NCBI GenBank assembly: GCA_963693365.1 | Contig: CAVNZM010000016.1 | Coordinates: 2,095,984 to 2,159,983, forward strand | Direction of reading: 5' to 3' | Length of the DNA: 64,000 bases | Origin: Amoebidium appalachense | Lineage: Eukaryota; Protista; Ichthyosporea | Part shown: piece by piece, positions 38,560-51,068 of the stretch | Layout: every line of letters starts with the position of its first letter | Position numbering within the stretch: position 1 is the stretch's first letter | Notes under the pieces: generated by a model | The model's input: only the letters and a program-made list of their open reading frames with translations | Database searches by the model: none | What the model was told of the DNA's origin: nothing | Translations under genes and position numbers: made by a program

Positions 38560-39852
38560 GTAATTGCCGGTGCTGGATGCACAGATACGGCATGTATTGC
38601 ACATTGTGACCCAGTGGGTCACGAAAAAGTAATTAAAAATGTGCCTATACCATGTGCTTCTGCCCCGGCTTCTTCCGATATTCCCCCCTCCGAGCCCCCT
38701 TCCCCCGACCCCCGACCCCCCACCCCCCCACACCTATCCCCCCCCACAAAGAAATTTCGAACACTCGATAGAATAAGAAAAGTGTTCGATATAAGTGCCA
38801 TATGCAATGCAGGAAGACGTATCTATGTTAATGTTACGTTGAGTAATGAAAAATACTTTGCATTGTTTGACACTGGGGCATCATTCACGGTGGTTAGTGA
38901 GGCTGTTTTTTCCCAACACATGCAGGAGTTTGCTTTGCAACCCTCGGATGTGATTGTTACTTCTGTAAGGAAAAACGATAAAGCTCTAGCTGTGAGTGGT
39001 GAAGTGATGCTCCCGTTATGCCTCGGTTCTCAAACATTCATGTGGCCTTGCTTAGTAATTAAAAATATTAAGCATGACATGATTATTGGGAACGATTTTG
39101 CCAACAAACACATTGCCACCACTAATCATCAAGCACACTCACTAACACTGGTGTCGGGGATGGTGGTGCCGACGTCATCTTTGCACACCCCCTACACAAT
39201 GTGTCCTGTTACCGTCAAGCACGACACCACCGTCAAATCTGGCTTTGGATGTGTATTACGTGCAACGGTGCAGGTGACTGCTGCTGCTGCTGCTGCTGGC
39301 ACCCTCGGTATCTTCGAGCCTACTCGTGAATTTCGAGATAAGTTCCCCCCCACAACCTGTGAAATTAGTGTGGATAAATCTATTGCTGTTGTGTGCGAAA
39401 ATGGTGTGGGTCCGGATTTGAGCGTGTTCGGTACCATCGGTCATTTCGTTCCTACGAGCCGACATGAGTACATACACGAACTGAGTGTTTTGCAAGCCGA
39501 ACCCCACCCCAGTCGTACACAAACCGTCGTTGGTGCAATAGCGCAGTGCATCAGGTGGGCAACGGGGGGTGGAGAAGGTTGCCTACCCAATTCACCTCCG
39601 GCCGTGCCACCGGGCCGGGTGCCTACCGATAACATGTGTGGGCACGAAGGGCATGTGAGTGGGACACGAGGCGGTCCGATACACTCACCGATCGACCAAT
39701 CAATGTGTGCCGTTGATCATGAAAAACCCCCCCCCCGCGAAAAATTTCGGAAATTTCGGGTGGGGGTGCACACGATGCCGGCCAGGCTCCCCACGGTTTT
39801 GATTGGAATAGGGTGCCTCAGAGTATGCTTCCGGAGGTTAAGAAACTATTAG
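38560..39852 (+). CDS. Aspartic protease region, in frame with gag after a single TAG
   Basis: ALFDTGAS and MIIGNDF motifs; no stop between 38560 and the annotated ORF. Confidence 0.9.
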   Translation, partial: VIAGAGCTDTACIAHCDPVGHEKVIKNVPIPCASAPASSDIPPSEPPSPDPRPPTPPHLSPPTKKFRTLDRIRKVFDISAICNAGRRIYVNVTLSNEKYFALFDTGASFTVVSEAVFSQHMQEFALQPSDVIVTSVRKNDKALAVSGEVMLPLCLGSQTFMWPCLVIKNIKHDMIIGNDFANKHIATTNHQAHSLTLVSGMVVPTSSLHTPYTMCPVTVKHDTTVKSGFGCVLRATVQVTAAAAAAGTLGIFEPTREFRDKFPPTTCEISVDKSIAVVCENGVGPDLSVFGTIGHFVPTSRHEYIHELSVLQAEPHPSRTQTVVGAIAQCIRWATGGGEGCLPNSPPAVPPGRVPTDNMCGHEGHVSGTRGGPIHSPIDQSMCAVDHEKPPPREKFRKFRVGVHTMPARLPTVLIGIGCLRVCFRRLRNY

Positions 39853-42800
39853 AAGCACACTCTCGTTGCTTCACCACTACGGACCCCGACGAATTTCCTC
39901 AGATTAAAGGATTCACCATGCACATAGACACGGGAGATAACCCACCGATTCGATTAAAACAGTGGAGGTTGGAACAAGTGAAAGAGCAGGCTGCAAAGGA
40001 GATCGTGGAGGATATGTGTCATAGAGGGCAGATGGAACAAGCACACAGTCAGTATAATTCACCCACCTTCGTAATACGAAAACCAAACGGAAAATACCGT
40101 CTGCTGACTGATTTTCGTGCTCTTAACAAGCAAATTCGAAAATCTGCCTGGCCCATGCCCAACTTGCAACAACAAATAGAGAAGTTGGCTGGGTATAAGT
40201 ATTTCTGTAAAGCTGATATGTCGGGTGCCTTTTACCAAATACTGCTAGACGCTGAGTCACGTGAAAAAACAGGATTTTCTGTGGCTGGTGTGCAGTATCG
40301 TTATTGTGTGGCACCACAGGGGCTCAGTACTTCCCCGTCCCAGCTAGCATCTATCATGACACAGATTTTGGCCCCGCTGGCCGATGATGTGGTGATATAT
40401 GCCGATGATTTAGCTGTGGGTGCACACACCGAAACAGAATTAATACAGAAGCTTGACCGACTTTTCACCCGTCTCGGTGAATATGGTGTTAAGCTCGATG
40501 GGGCAAAGACATATATTGGGCTAACGGAAATACCGTTTTTGGGTTGGATTGTAGGGGTGAATGGCATTCGGCCCGACCCGAAAAAGGTTCAGGCAGTGAA
40601 AGATTGGCCGGTACCAAACACACTACACCAACTCCGGGGTTTTCTGGGTATTACTTCCTATCTCCGCCGTCACATTTTAAATTATGCAGAGCGAGCCCGA
40701 CCCATGAATGCCGAGTGTTACGGAGAAAAACACCGACGGTTAAAATGGACGGACGAATTAGATCGCTCGTTTAAAGATTTAAAATCGGCGTTATCGGAGG
40801 AAGTGCTTGCCCTGCCCGATCTTTCCCCCACGGGGGGTCAGTTTCTTATTCGTTGTGATGCTAGTCGGTTCTCGGAAGGGGCTTGCCTGTATCAAAAACA
40901 AAATGATGGCAAGTTCCGCACGGTGGCATATGCCTCCCGGATGTTTCAACCTACCGAACGTAGGTGGAGCAACATCGAACGAGAAACGCATGCAATCTAT
41001 TGGGCACTGAAAGAGTTTAGGGTGTACGTGTATGGTCGAGTAAATACAATTGTGGAAAGTGACCATAAGCCCTGTCTTTCTCTTAAAGGTGTCAAACGGA
41101 TAGCAAACGAACGGATGCAACGGTGGGCTTTGGAAATGCAGGAGTATGATTTCGATCTATACTACCGTCCTGGCCCTACCATGCACGATGCTGATGGGTT
41201 AAGCCGTATAGGATATATTCTGCATGAGAACGAAAACATAACACTGGAAAGGTGGGATGTGAAAAAGGAATTACAAGAGGTTCTCACAGCAGATTTATCC
41301 GAGCTTAGCTCGCAACCAGCCGAAGTGTTTGTTGATTGGGGCGATGCACTCGAATTCACACACATTTTCGATCCAGACCGCTTGAAATGTGCACAAATTT
41401 CTGCACTCAGTCAAGCCGGCCTGCCCTCCCTTTCTGCACTCGGTGGTGCCGGCTATCAGAAGGAAGCAATTATGATGGCACAGGGGGGGACAAAATGTGT
41501 AAGGATATAATCACGTGGCTACGGTGGCTTGCCTCCCTCGATGCCGAGGCCAAACGGGAATGGCAGGCAGGGGGGGAACGAGCTGCACACGGTCTTAATC
41601 TTGAGTATTTCGGATACAAAAAGGTTAAGAAAATAGCACAAATGTGTGTGATAGAGGATGACGTGCTTTATCATGTGGCTAAGGATGGTCGTCGTTGCCT
41701 GTATGTGCCCGAAATCCTTCGTGCTGATTTATTAAGAAGTGTGCACGACGGGGGGCTCATACTGGCATTGAACGAACTTACGAAAGATTATACAATTATT
41801 ATTGGCCACGCATGCACAAAGATATCACTGCTTATGTGAATGCCTGCACACAGTGCCAAGGCCGTAACGATAACCCACACTTGAGAAGTAGGCCATTTGA
41901 ACAGAGATACGAAAATTTAAAAATGTTCTCTCATGTTTCTGTTGACCTTATGGGTCCGTTCACAGAAACGAAAAAATGGTAATACTTTCATTTGTGTGTT
42001 TATGGATATGGCAACGAAGTATTTAATCACTGTGCCCATCCAATCTAAGCATGCCGTTAATGTTGCACATGCACTCATGAATGTAATTTGCTATATACAC
42101 GGCCCCCCTCGTACACTCTTGAGTGATCAGGGTTCAGAATTTCTCAATGAGCTAATTATTGAGATTTGCCGTATAGCAAATATTGCACAAGTGAGCACCT
42201 CTGCATATCACCCACAAAGCAACGGTTCCAATGAACGGTCTCATAGATTTATTAATAATGCACTCTCAAAGTACGTTAATTATGAGCACACTAATTGGGA
42301 CACTCTGTTGCCGGTGGTTACACATGCATACAACACAACAACACACAAAATTTTGCAATGTACACCGTATTATCTTGTGTACGGGCAAGAAGCAACACAA
42401 TTCCCTGACGTTGCCCTTCTTAACAGTAACCACCCGGCACTCAAGGACCCAGAGTGGAAGGCATACCGGCGAGAGTTACTAGCCCGTCTGCCTCTGCTCC
42501 GTGCTGTGGTCCAGCAACGTGCCGTACGAGAGCCCCCAGGCCCCTCGGTGGCTCGTGAATTTGAGAAGGGTGCACGGATACGTGTTCGGAATCAAGCCAA
42601 AAATATCGGTGCCTGGGATGTACGGTGGATTACGGGTTACGAAATCGTCAAAAGGGTCGGCCCGGTTACGTACGAGATCCGAAGCTTAGCAACTATGAAG
42701 AAATCTAAGTGGCACGTGGACGATATTCAGCTTGAATTGAGTGAGCAAAATAGAATTCGGCCTCAAGATCTCTCTCACCTCCCGGACACGGGCGATAGTC

Positions 42801-43054
42801 ACAACTTCAACAAGGTTCTGCCGGACGAGTGGGTGGTGGAAAAGGTGCTTGACGTAAGAATTCAGAAACGGCGCAAGCAATCCACCCCTTACAAGTGGTA
42901 CCAGATCAAGTGGGCAGGCAAAGATGATTCATTCACCTCTTGGGAGTCTGAGAAAGACTTAGCCTGCCCGGACAAGATCCGAGAGTTCCACCAACGCAGA
43001 GGTGACCTTGCATCGTTCCACGGATACATTGACTCATTGTGTGGAGCATGGTGA
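39723..43054 (+). CDS. pol: RT-RNase H-integrase-chromodomain (homopolymer frameshifts near 41485, 41750 and 41970)
   Basis: DFRALNK, PQGL, YADD, CDAS, SDHKP, ADGLSR; SDQGSEF, YHPQSNGSNER; chromodomain WVVEKVL..YQIKWAG..SWE. Confidence 0.95.
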
Positions 43055-43094
43055 CGTATGTCGAGGACGACATACTTCTTTTTACGGTGGGGCG

Positions 43095-43707
43095 TGTGGT
43101 ATATTATACCGGATATCTAGTATGGATGTACACAGGTTGAGATATACGCACACGTGTACATGTATATATACCACTGTGTTTGATCTTAGGTAGGCCAGTA
43201 TGCATGTCCCTCCCAGTCTTGTGCGCATGAGCATGGAGTTAAACGTATGTGCACGTGCAACTTGCAGGATTATTCATGGGAAAACAGATATAATAGCCAC
43301 ATGGGACTGACACGTAGCAGAGGAACCATGAGCGTTAAGTTATAGTTTTATCATGGGAAAATATGCAAGTAGCCGCGTGAGGTATGACTGTGGAATGCAT
43401 CGATAATCAAGTACTGTCACCCGATTGGCTCAATAGGTTTATTGGAACCGTGATAGCCATGGGACAGAACCGTAAACCGTATGTGATTGGCTCTCGTAGC
43501 CAAAAAGCACATACCGATGCGCATGTCTGAGCCGCTGTGCGAGCTCCGTTATAAGGGCATGTCGGGGGCTTCAGAGCTTACTTAGTGTGCTCGGCTTACT
43601 AGGTGTAAGTAGGACTAGCACGTAACTAAGCAAAGCGTGGTCTAGTCAACCCCGTTCATTTTATAAACATATTGTTTGTCACAGACACACGATCTTATTA
43701 TACAACA
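43095..43707 (+). repeat. 3' LTR
   Basis: Near-identical to the 5' LTR, preceded by GGTGGGGCG (PPT-like). Confidence 0.97.
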
Positions 43708-43710
43708 CCC

Positions 43711-43747
<37 letters not shown>

Positions 43748-44265
43748 CCCCGTCCATTCGGAGGGTTTTGGCAGATATTGAGATTTTAGATTTTTCTTCT
43801 TGAAATTCCCCGATCACGTCCCCCCGTCCGTCGGGAAAAAATCCTATGGACTCCCCCGTGTGTACTTTGCATTAACGTACCTTCCCATTGGGAAAACAAA
43901 AAAAAACTGCATCGAAATCCGTCCATTCTGAGGGTTTTTGCACGTTTCAAATTCCCTCCACAACACATGCACACTATAGAATGACCCCCCCCCCCCCCCT
44001 CTTGGACCCCCCTGATGGGCCCGGCAAATGCCCGTGGGGATGTGTGGGTGAACGTGGGCACTCCCCCCCACCCCCATCTACGTTTGGTGGTGAGAAAGTC
44101 AGCTACTTGCTAAAGGAAAGGGTGTTTGGGTTTTTTGAATACGAAGGCTGGTATGTTGCATGCGGGACTGGAGAAAACACTGAAATTCCCCGATCATGCC
44201 CCCCCCCCCCCCCCTCCGTCGGGAAAAAAATTCTACGGACTCCCCCGTGTGTACTTTTCATTAAC

Positions 44266-44707
44266 ATGCACACATGCACACACACGGTGCATCCCCCCCT
44301 CCCCTTCCCTCTCAACTGAGCACATACACACACACATACATGCGCACACACACACACACACACGCACACACACACACACACGCACATGCACACATGCACA
44401 CATGCACGGACACGAATCCCCCCTTCCCCTTCCCTCTCCACCGAGCACATGCACACATGCACAGACATGCACACACACACACACACAACACACACGATGC
44501 ACACAGACATGCACACACCAACACAAACACACAACACACACACACGCACGCACACACACACACACACATGCACACACACGGTGCATTTCCCCCATCCCCT
44601 TCCCTCTCCACAAAGCACACACACACACACGTGCACACATGCACACACACGGTGCATCCCCCCTCTCTCCTTCCCTCTCAACTGAGCACATACACACACA
44701 CATACAT

Positions 44708-44748
<41 letters not shown>

Positions 44749-44946
44749 CACACACACATGCACACATGCACACATGCACGGACACGAATCCCCCCTTCCC
44801 CTTCCCTATCCACCGAGGACATGCACACATGCACAGACATGCACACACACACACACACACCACACACGATGCACACAGACATGCACACACACACAAAAAC
44901 ACAACACACACACACACATACACTGTGGCACACAAAAATACACACA

Positions 44947-44982
<36 letters not shown>

Positions 44983-45150
44983 CACACACACGGTGCATTT
45001 CCCCCCTCCCCTTCCCTCTCCACAGAGCACACACACACACACGTGCACACATGCACACACACGGTGCATCCCCCCTCTCCCCCCCTTCCCTTTCAACTGA
45101 GCACATACACACACACAGACATGCACACACACACAACATACACAGACATC
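44266..45150. repeat. Compound CA-microsatellite / minisatellite
   Basis: Recurrent ATGCACACACACGGTGCAT.CCCCC..CCCTTCCCTCTC blocks. Confidence 0.85.
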
Positions 45151-45162
45151 CACACATCAGAC

Positions 45163-47555
45163 ACAGAACAGCTTCTAGCACGAGACATTTACCACAAAGT
45201 TTATGGGGGATGGTGAATGTGCCCCTGGAGTACGAGGGTCACACGAAAAAAACACAACGTTGTAGCTCGTATAGAACCCCCCTTGTAGCGTAGTATATGT
45301 ACATATGTTACCTAGACATTATTGGTTTTTTCAATAACTACCCACAGAACAGCTTCTCGCACGAGACCTTTACCACAACGTTTATGGGGGGGATGGTAAA
45401 TGTACCCCTGGAGTACGAGGGTCACACGAAAAAAACACAACGTTGTAGCTCGTATAGAACCCCCCTTGTAGCATAGTATATGTACATATGTTACCTAGAC
45501 ATTATTGGTTTTTCAATAACTACCCACAGAACAGCTTCTAGCACGAGACATTTACCACACAGTTTATGGGGGGGATGGAGAATGTGCCCCTGGAGTACGA
45601 GGGTCACACGAAAAAAACACAATGTTGTAGCTCGAATAGACCCCCCTTGTAGCATAGTATACGTCCATGTGTTACCTAGACATTATTGGTTTTTTCAATA
45701 ACTACCCACAGAACAGCTTCTAGCACGAGACATTTACCACAAAGTTTATGGGGGGGATGGTGAATGTGCCCCTGGAGTACAAGGGTCACACGAAAAAAAC
45801 ACAATGTTGTAGCTCGAATAGAACCCCCCTTGCAATTGTAGCATAGTATATGTACATGTGTTACCTAGACATTATTGGTTTTTTCAATAACTACCCACAG
45901 AACAGCTTCTAGCACGAGACATTTACCATTAAGTTTATGGGGGGGATGGTAAATGTACCCCTGGAGTACGAGGGTCACACGAAAAAAACACAACGTTGTA
46001 GCTCGTATAGCACCCCCCCTTGTAGCATAGTATATGTACATATGTTACCTAGACATTATTGGTTTTTCAATAACTACCCACAGAACAGCCTCTAGCACGA
46101 GAGATTTACCACAGAGTTTATGGGGGGGATGGTGAATGTGCCCCTGGAGTACGAGGGTCACACAAAAAAAACACAACATTGTAGCTCGAATAGAACCCCC
46201 CTTGTAGTATAGTATAAGTACATGTGTTACCTAGACATTATTCGTTTTTTCAATAACTACCCACAGAACAGCTTCTAGCACGAGAGCTTTACCGCAAAGT
46301 TGATGGGGGGGATGGTGAATGTGCCCCTGGAGTACGAGGGTCACACGAAAAAAACACAACGTTGTAGCTCGTATAGAACCCCCCTTGTAGCATAGTATAT
46401 GTACATAGTATGTTACCTAGACATTATTGGTTTTTTCAATAACTACCCACAGAACAGCTTCTAGCACGAGACATTTACCACACCGTTTATGGGGGGGATG
46501 GAGAATGTGCCCCTGGAGTACGAGGGTCACACGAAAAAAACACAATGTTGTAGCTCGAATAGACCCCCCTTGTAGCATAGTATACGTCCATGTGTTACCT
46601 AGACATTATTGGTTTTTTCAATAACTACCCACAGAACAGCTTCTAGCACGAGACATTTACCACACAGTTTATGGGGGGGATGGTGAATGTGCCCCTGGAG
46701 TACAAGGGTCACACGAAAAAAACACAACATTGTAGCTCGAATAGAACCCCCCTTGCAATTGTAGCATAGTATATGTACATGTGTTACCTAGACATTATTG
46801 GTTTTTTCAATAACTACCCACAGAACAGCTTCTAGCACGAGAAATTTACCATACAGTTTATGGGGGGGATGGAGAATGTGCCCCTGGAGTACGAGGGTCA
46901 CACGAAAAAAACACAATGTTGTAGCTCGAATAGACCCCCCTTGTAGCATAGTATACGTCCATGTGTTACCTAGACATTATTGGTTTTTTCAATAACTACC
47001 CACAGAACAGCTTCTAGCACGAGACATTTACCAAAAAGTTTATGGGGGGGATGGTAAATGTGCCCCTGGAGTACAAGGGTCACACGAAAAAAACACAACG
47101 TTGTAGCTCGTATAGAACCCCCCTTGTAGCATAGTATATGTACATATGTTGCCTAGACATTATTGGTTTTTCAATAACTACCCACAGAACAGCCTCTAGC
47201 ACGAGAGATTTACCACAAAGTTTATGGGGGGGATGGTGAATGTGCCCCTGGAGTACGAGGGTCACACAAAAAAAACACAACATTGTAGCTCGAATAGAAC
47301 CCCCCTTGTAGCATAGCATATGTACATGTGTTACCTAGACATTATTCGTTTTTTCAATAACTACCCACAGAACAGCTTCTAGCACGAGAACTTTACCACA
47401 AAGTTTATGGGGGGGATGGTGAATGTGCCCCTGGAGTACGAGGGTCACACGAAAAAAGCACAACGTTGTAGCTCGTACAGAACCCCCTTTGTAGCATAGT
47501 ATATGTACATAGTATGTTACCTAGACATTATTGGTTTTTTTCAATAACTACCCAC
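45163..47555. repeat. Satellite array of 13 units, ~183 bp each
   Basis: CACAGAACAGC(T/C)TCT.GCACGAG recurs every 182-189 bp. Confidence 0.95.
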
Positions 47556-47669
47556 ATGCGGCATGTGTTACTTTCACGTTATTGGTTTCCTAGCACGGGA
47601 TATTCAGCACACAGTTGGGGATGTGGGGGCAGTGTACACCTCAATATTGGTAAGGTGGTGGTGGGTGGG

Positions 47670-47703
<34 letters not shown>

Positions 47704-48172
47704 CCACACAACCGAAACTGTCGGTGTTACAAGTGGTTCGGTCTTAGGAAGTTAGAACGGTGATTTTTTTAATTAATAGCGGGAAACAATATTATCCCCA
47801 TTGCATATGGGGGGAACGAGGGGGGGGGGGGGGGGGGGGGGGGTTCACAACGAATTCTATCGACTGTGCATAATTAATGTATATTGCACATGTAGCCTGA
47901 AAGATTAAAGTGAATGTGTGTATGTATATGTGCGAGTATATTTGTGTATGCAATACATGTACAATGTTTTCGTCTTTGTAGGTGGGTGGGTGGGGTGGGG
48001 GGGGGGGGGGGGGGGGGGGGGGGGTGCGCGGGGGGGGAAGAGGGAGGGGGGGGAGGGGGCATCATGATCAGGGATAACAGGGTGTGTGCGTGTGTGCGCT
48101 TGTGTGTGCATGTGCTGTGTGTGTTGTGTAGGTGTGCGCCTGTGTGTGTGTGCGTGCCTGTGTGTGCGCGCC

Positions 48173-48204
<32 letters not shown>

Positions 48205-48234
48205 GTGCATGTGTGAGTGTGTGTGCGTGCGCGC

Positions 48235-48265
<31 letters not shown>

Positions 48266-48616
48266 TGTGTGATTTCAAAGAAGTCGAAAGCGCCAGTGAC
48301 ACCCATGTTGAAAAAAAGACAAGCAAGCACGCTAAGAAGGACAGCAAGAAGTAACAGAAACCCTTTCATGCCGAAAAAATGGTCAAGAACAAAGAAGTGG
48401 AGGACACGTAACTATAGTCTGATAGTTGTGACTAAGGGCACTAAGGGTAGCGCTAAGGGCACCAAGCTGATGGCGCGCGCGCGCGAGCCGAAATCTATTT
48501 TTATCTTTTTTCCTAATCGGCGCGGCGAATAGTGATTGGCTAAATCCCAATCCGGTTTGCAATTTTTTTCTCCATTTAAGCCTGTACGCACGTTGTTTGC
48601 TCCATTTCTCTTCCCC

Positions 48617-48745
48617 CTTCCCGCAGGTCCGCAGGTCCTTTCCCGCAGGTCGCATGGTCGCAGGTCCCTTCCCGCAGGTCGCCTGGTCGCAGTTCCCTTC
48701 CCGCAGGTCGCCTGGTCACAGATCCCCTCCGCAGATCGCGCAGCC
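48617..48745. repeat. 27-bp minisatellite
   Basis: CCCTTCCCGCAGGTCGCCTGGTCGCAG, about 3-4 copies. Confidence 0.85.
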
Positions 48746-49254
48746 ACCGTGCTGATTGTTTTGGACCATGCTGCATGCTGCCTAACGGCTGAAAGGCCCT
48801 TTGAAGGTTAGTTTTGTGTTGCCTGCTTTTGTGCATATGGCGTTTGTCTGTCTGGTCTGTGTCCGTCCTGTGATTATGTCTGTGTCTGTGTCTGTGTGTG
48901 TGTGTGTGTATGTGTGTGTGTGTGCGTGCGTGTGCGTGTGTCTGCTGGCTGCAGATGCACGTTGCCTTTCACGTTCCTGAACCAGCGACTGTGGGCACTA
49001 CTTTTGCTGTTAGCACTATAGCTATCATCCCCTCCACCGATCGTTCAAGCTATTTTCTGTTTCTCTAGACTTCATAAGTTCTGGTCCGGGTTTCTATGTT
49101 TGAGGTTGGTTCTGTCGACTCTTTTTTTGCCACTCTCAGTCAGCCCCCTCAGTCCCCCCCCCCCCCCCCCCCCCCCACTTAGCTCGAGTTCCTTTACAGG
49201 TTTTGGCAAGGTTGGCCCATGAAGTCATCAGCAGCTATAAGGCTACGTTATCAT

Positions 49255-49830
49255 CTAGAGGTGGGTACCGGCTCTTTGTCCTATGGCTGCTGTTGTTTCC
49301 GTTTTTCGTTTCATAGGTGGGTACCGGCTCTTTGTCCTGTTAGGGTAAATAAAGTATGGAGGCAAGACCCTGTGGGTCTGGGGCTCTTTGTCCTATGGCT
49401 GCTGTTGTTTCCGTGTTTCGTTTCTGTGTTGCTCTTATAGCACACGAATGATCATGTGCATGTTTAGCACCCATAGGTGGGTACCGGCTCTTTGTCCTGT
49501 TAAGGTAAATAAAGTATGGAGGCAAGACCCTGTGGGTCTGGGGCTCTTTGTTCTATGGCTGCTGTTGTTTCCATGTTTCGTTTCTGTGTTGCTCTTATAG
49601 CACATGAATGATCATGTGCATGTTTAGCACCCATAGGTGGGTACCGGCTCTTTGTCCTGTTAAGGTAAATAAAGTATGGAGGCAAGACCCTGTGGGTCTG
49701 GCACCTCGTCGTCGTCATCGATCGTCAAAGGTTCATGTGGGGTGGGTGGTGGTCCCCAGGAAAAGACCCTGTGGGTCTGGCACCTCATCGTCGTCATCGA
49801 TCGTCAAAGGTTCATGTGGGGTGGGTGGGG
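49255..49830. repeat. Tandem repeats (~160-bp and ~79-bp units)
   Basis: AGGTGGGTACCGGCTCTTTGTCCT x4 and AAGACCCTGTGGGTCTGG x4. Confidence 0.88.
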
Positions 49831-50736
49831 GGGGGGGGGGGGGGGGGGGGAGGAGGGGGGAGGTGGGGGTTTAAGATATCATCACGACAACCTCCAGCCA
49901 TCCAACAGATGACTTTAAGGATGACGACGGTCTTTTTAGTGTGACTTAGAACATCCTGAAAGATGGCTTTAAAATTGCATCAAGAAATCTTCCGGTGCAC
50001 TTACCAGAACTATGAATATATAATTATTCTATCTATGGGAGCGACCATATATAACGTAAAGCCGTCTAAAGTGTATATTAATTGTGTCTTTTCCTCAATT
50101 GATGATGAATCTATATTATGACGTAAATACGTCTCACGCATATCTTGTTTGTGTCACTATGTACCAATAAAAATATCCCTAGCCTATCGGTGAGTTGCTT
50201 TTAGTACGTCCTAAAGTCGACAACTCGTGTTAGACTGAAATAACATATTACATAACTACATCGTAAGGATACATTTAGGTTAACCACAACATATCTGTAA
50301 TATATCTCTGCAAATTCTTCAAGAGGTGTTAAGTATGCCATATATGCTCGTCTGAACTACATAAAGTAGTATTAAAGATGGATATTGGTGATCGCAAAGC
50401 GCTCTTGTAGACGGCTGATCGATAGCTTACAGATATGCTGGGGATATCTTTTTAGTAAAAGTTCATAAATATTGTCTTTTTATAGATTCGTTTAAGACAT
50501 AACAAAGACGGCTCTAAGATATGCTTGGGGGAGGAAACAGATGGAACACGGGATAGGGTTTCGCCGGGTTACAGATATGCTAAGGACGTACTTACAGAGA
50601 TGTCTTTAATATCGCCTGCTAAAGCCGGACGGGTTAGGGATAGCTTGGAGTCATCTCTAACTAATAACGGTTACAAAGGGTATGGTTCAGGATGGGTTAC
50701 GGGTTTAGGATGTCTCAGACTGGTTTGAGACGGGAA

Positions 50737-51044
50737 AAAGATGCCGGGAGATGTTTGCTGATGCACCGCTCCAGTGGCTGGTTGGGGTCCAGATATGTGT
50801 GGGCCTTCTTGAAAAATGCCTCAACCCCACCCCTGACCAACGCCTTGTAGCTATGTCGGAGTAGTGAAAGTTTGGGAGTCCCAAAGTACCCAACGGTGGT
50901 CTCCCGCCACTTGCCTGAATGCACGTCTTCCGGGTACTGGTACTTGACAGTGTACCTGCCCAGGGGCCAAACCCTACTCGTCTCAGAGTCCAAGTCATCA
51001 GCATGCCCATGAGGCTGCTGCACGTTGGGGGACATGGTGGACAC
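50737..51044 (-). pseudogene. 5' part of the split proline-rich viral gene
   Basis: MSTMSPNVQQ...KHLPAS joins in frame across the AAAGAT TSD. Confidence 0.75.
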
Positions 51045-51068
51045 GGTGTTGTTGTAAACTGGTGTTTA

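Larger units (their letters stand above)
35980..43707 (+). mobile_element. Full-length Gypsy LTR retrotransposon with chromodomain integrase
   Basis: 613-bp LTRs TG...CA, TSD CCCTC, domain order gag-PR-RT-RH-IN-CHD; only 2 LTR differences noticed. Confidence 0.97.
33398..50736. mobile_element. 17.3-kb insertion (~9.6 kb without the Gypsy), probable non-autonomous DNA transposon with 6-bp TSD
   Basis: AAAGAT at 33392-97 and 50737-42. Imperfect near-terminal IR CCCATCCGAAACCTGTC / GACTGGTTTGAGACGGG. Removal fuses KHLPAS to LLMWGGRL in frame. Confidence 0.82.

Noticed and set aside
39721-39760. Programmed -1 frameshift between pro and pol
   Set aside because: No canonical in-frame slippery heptamer, and the overlap contains a C10 run. 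Homopolymer error is equally likely given similar shifts throughout the window.
45163-47555. CRISPR array or repeated small ORFs in the 183-bp satellite
   Set aside because: Whole monomers repeat without unique spacers, and the ORFs are incidental.
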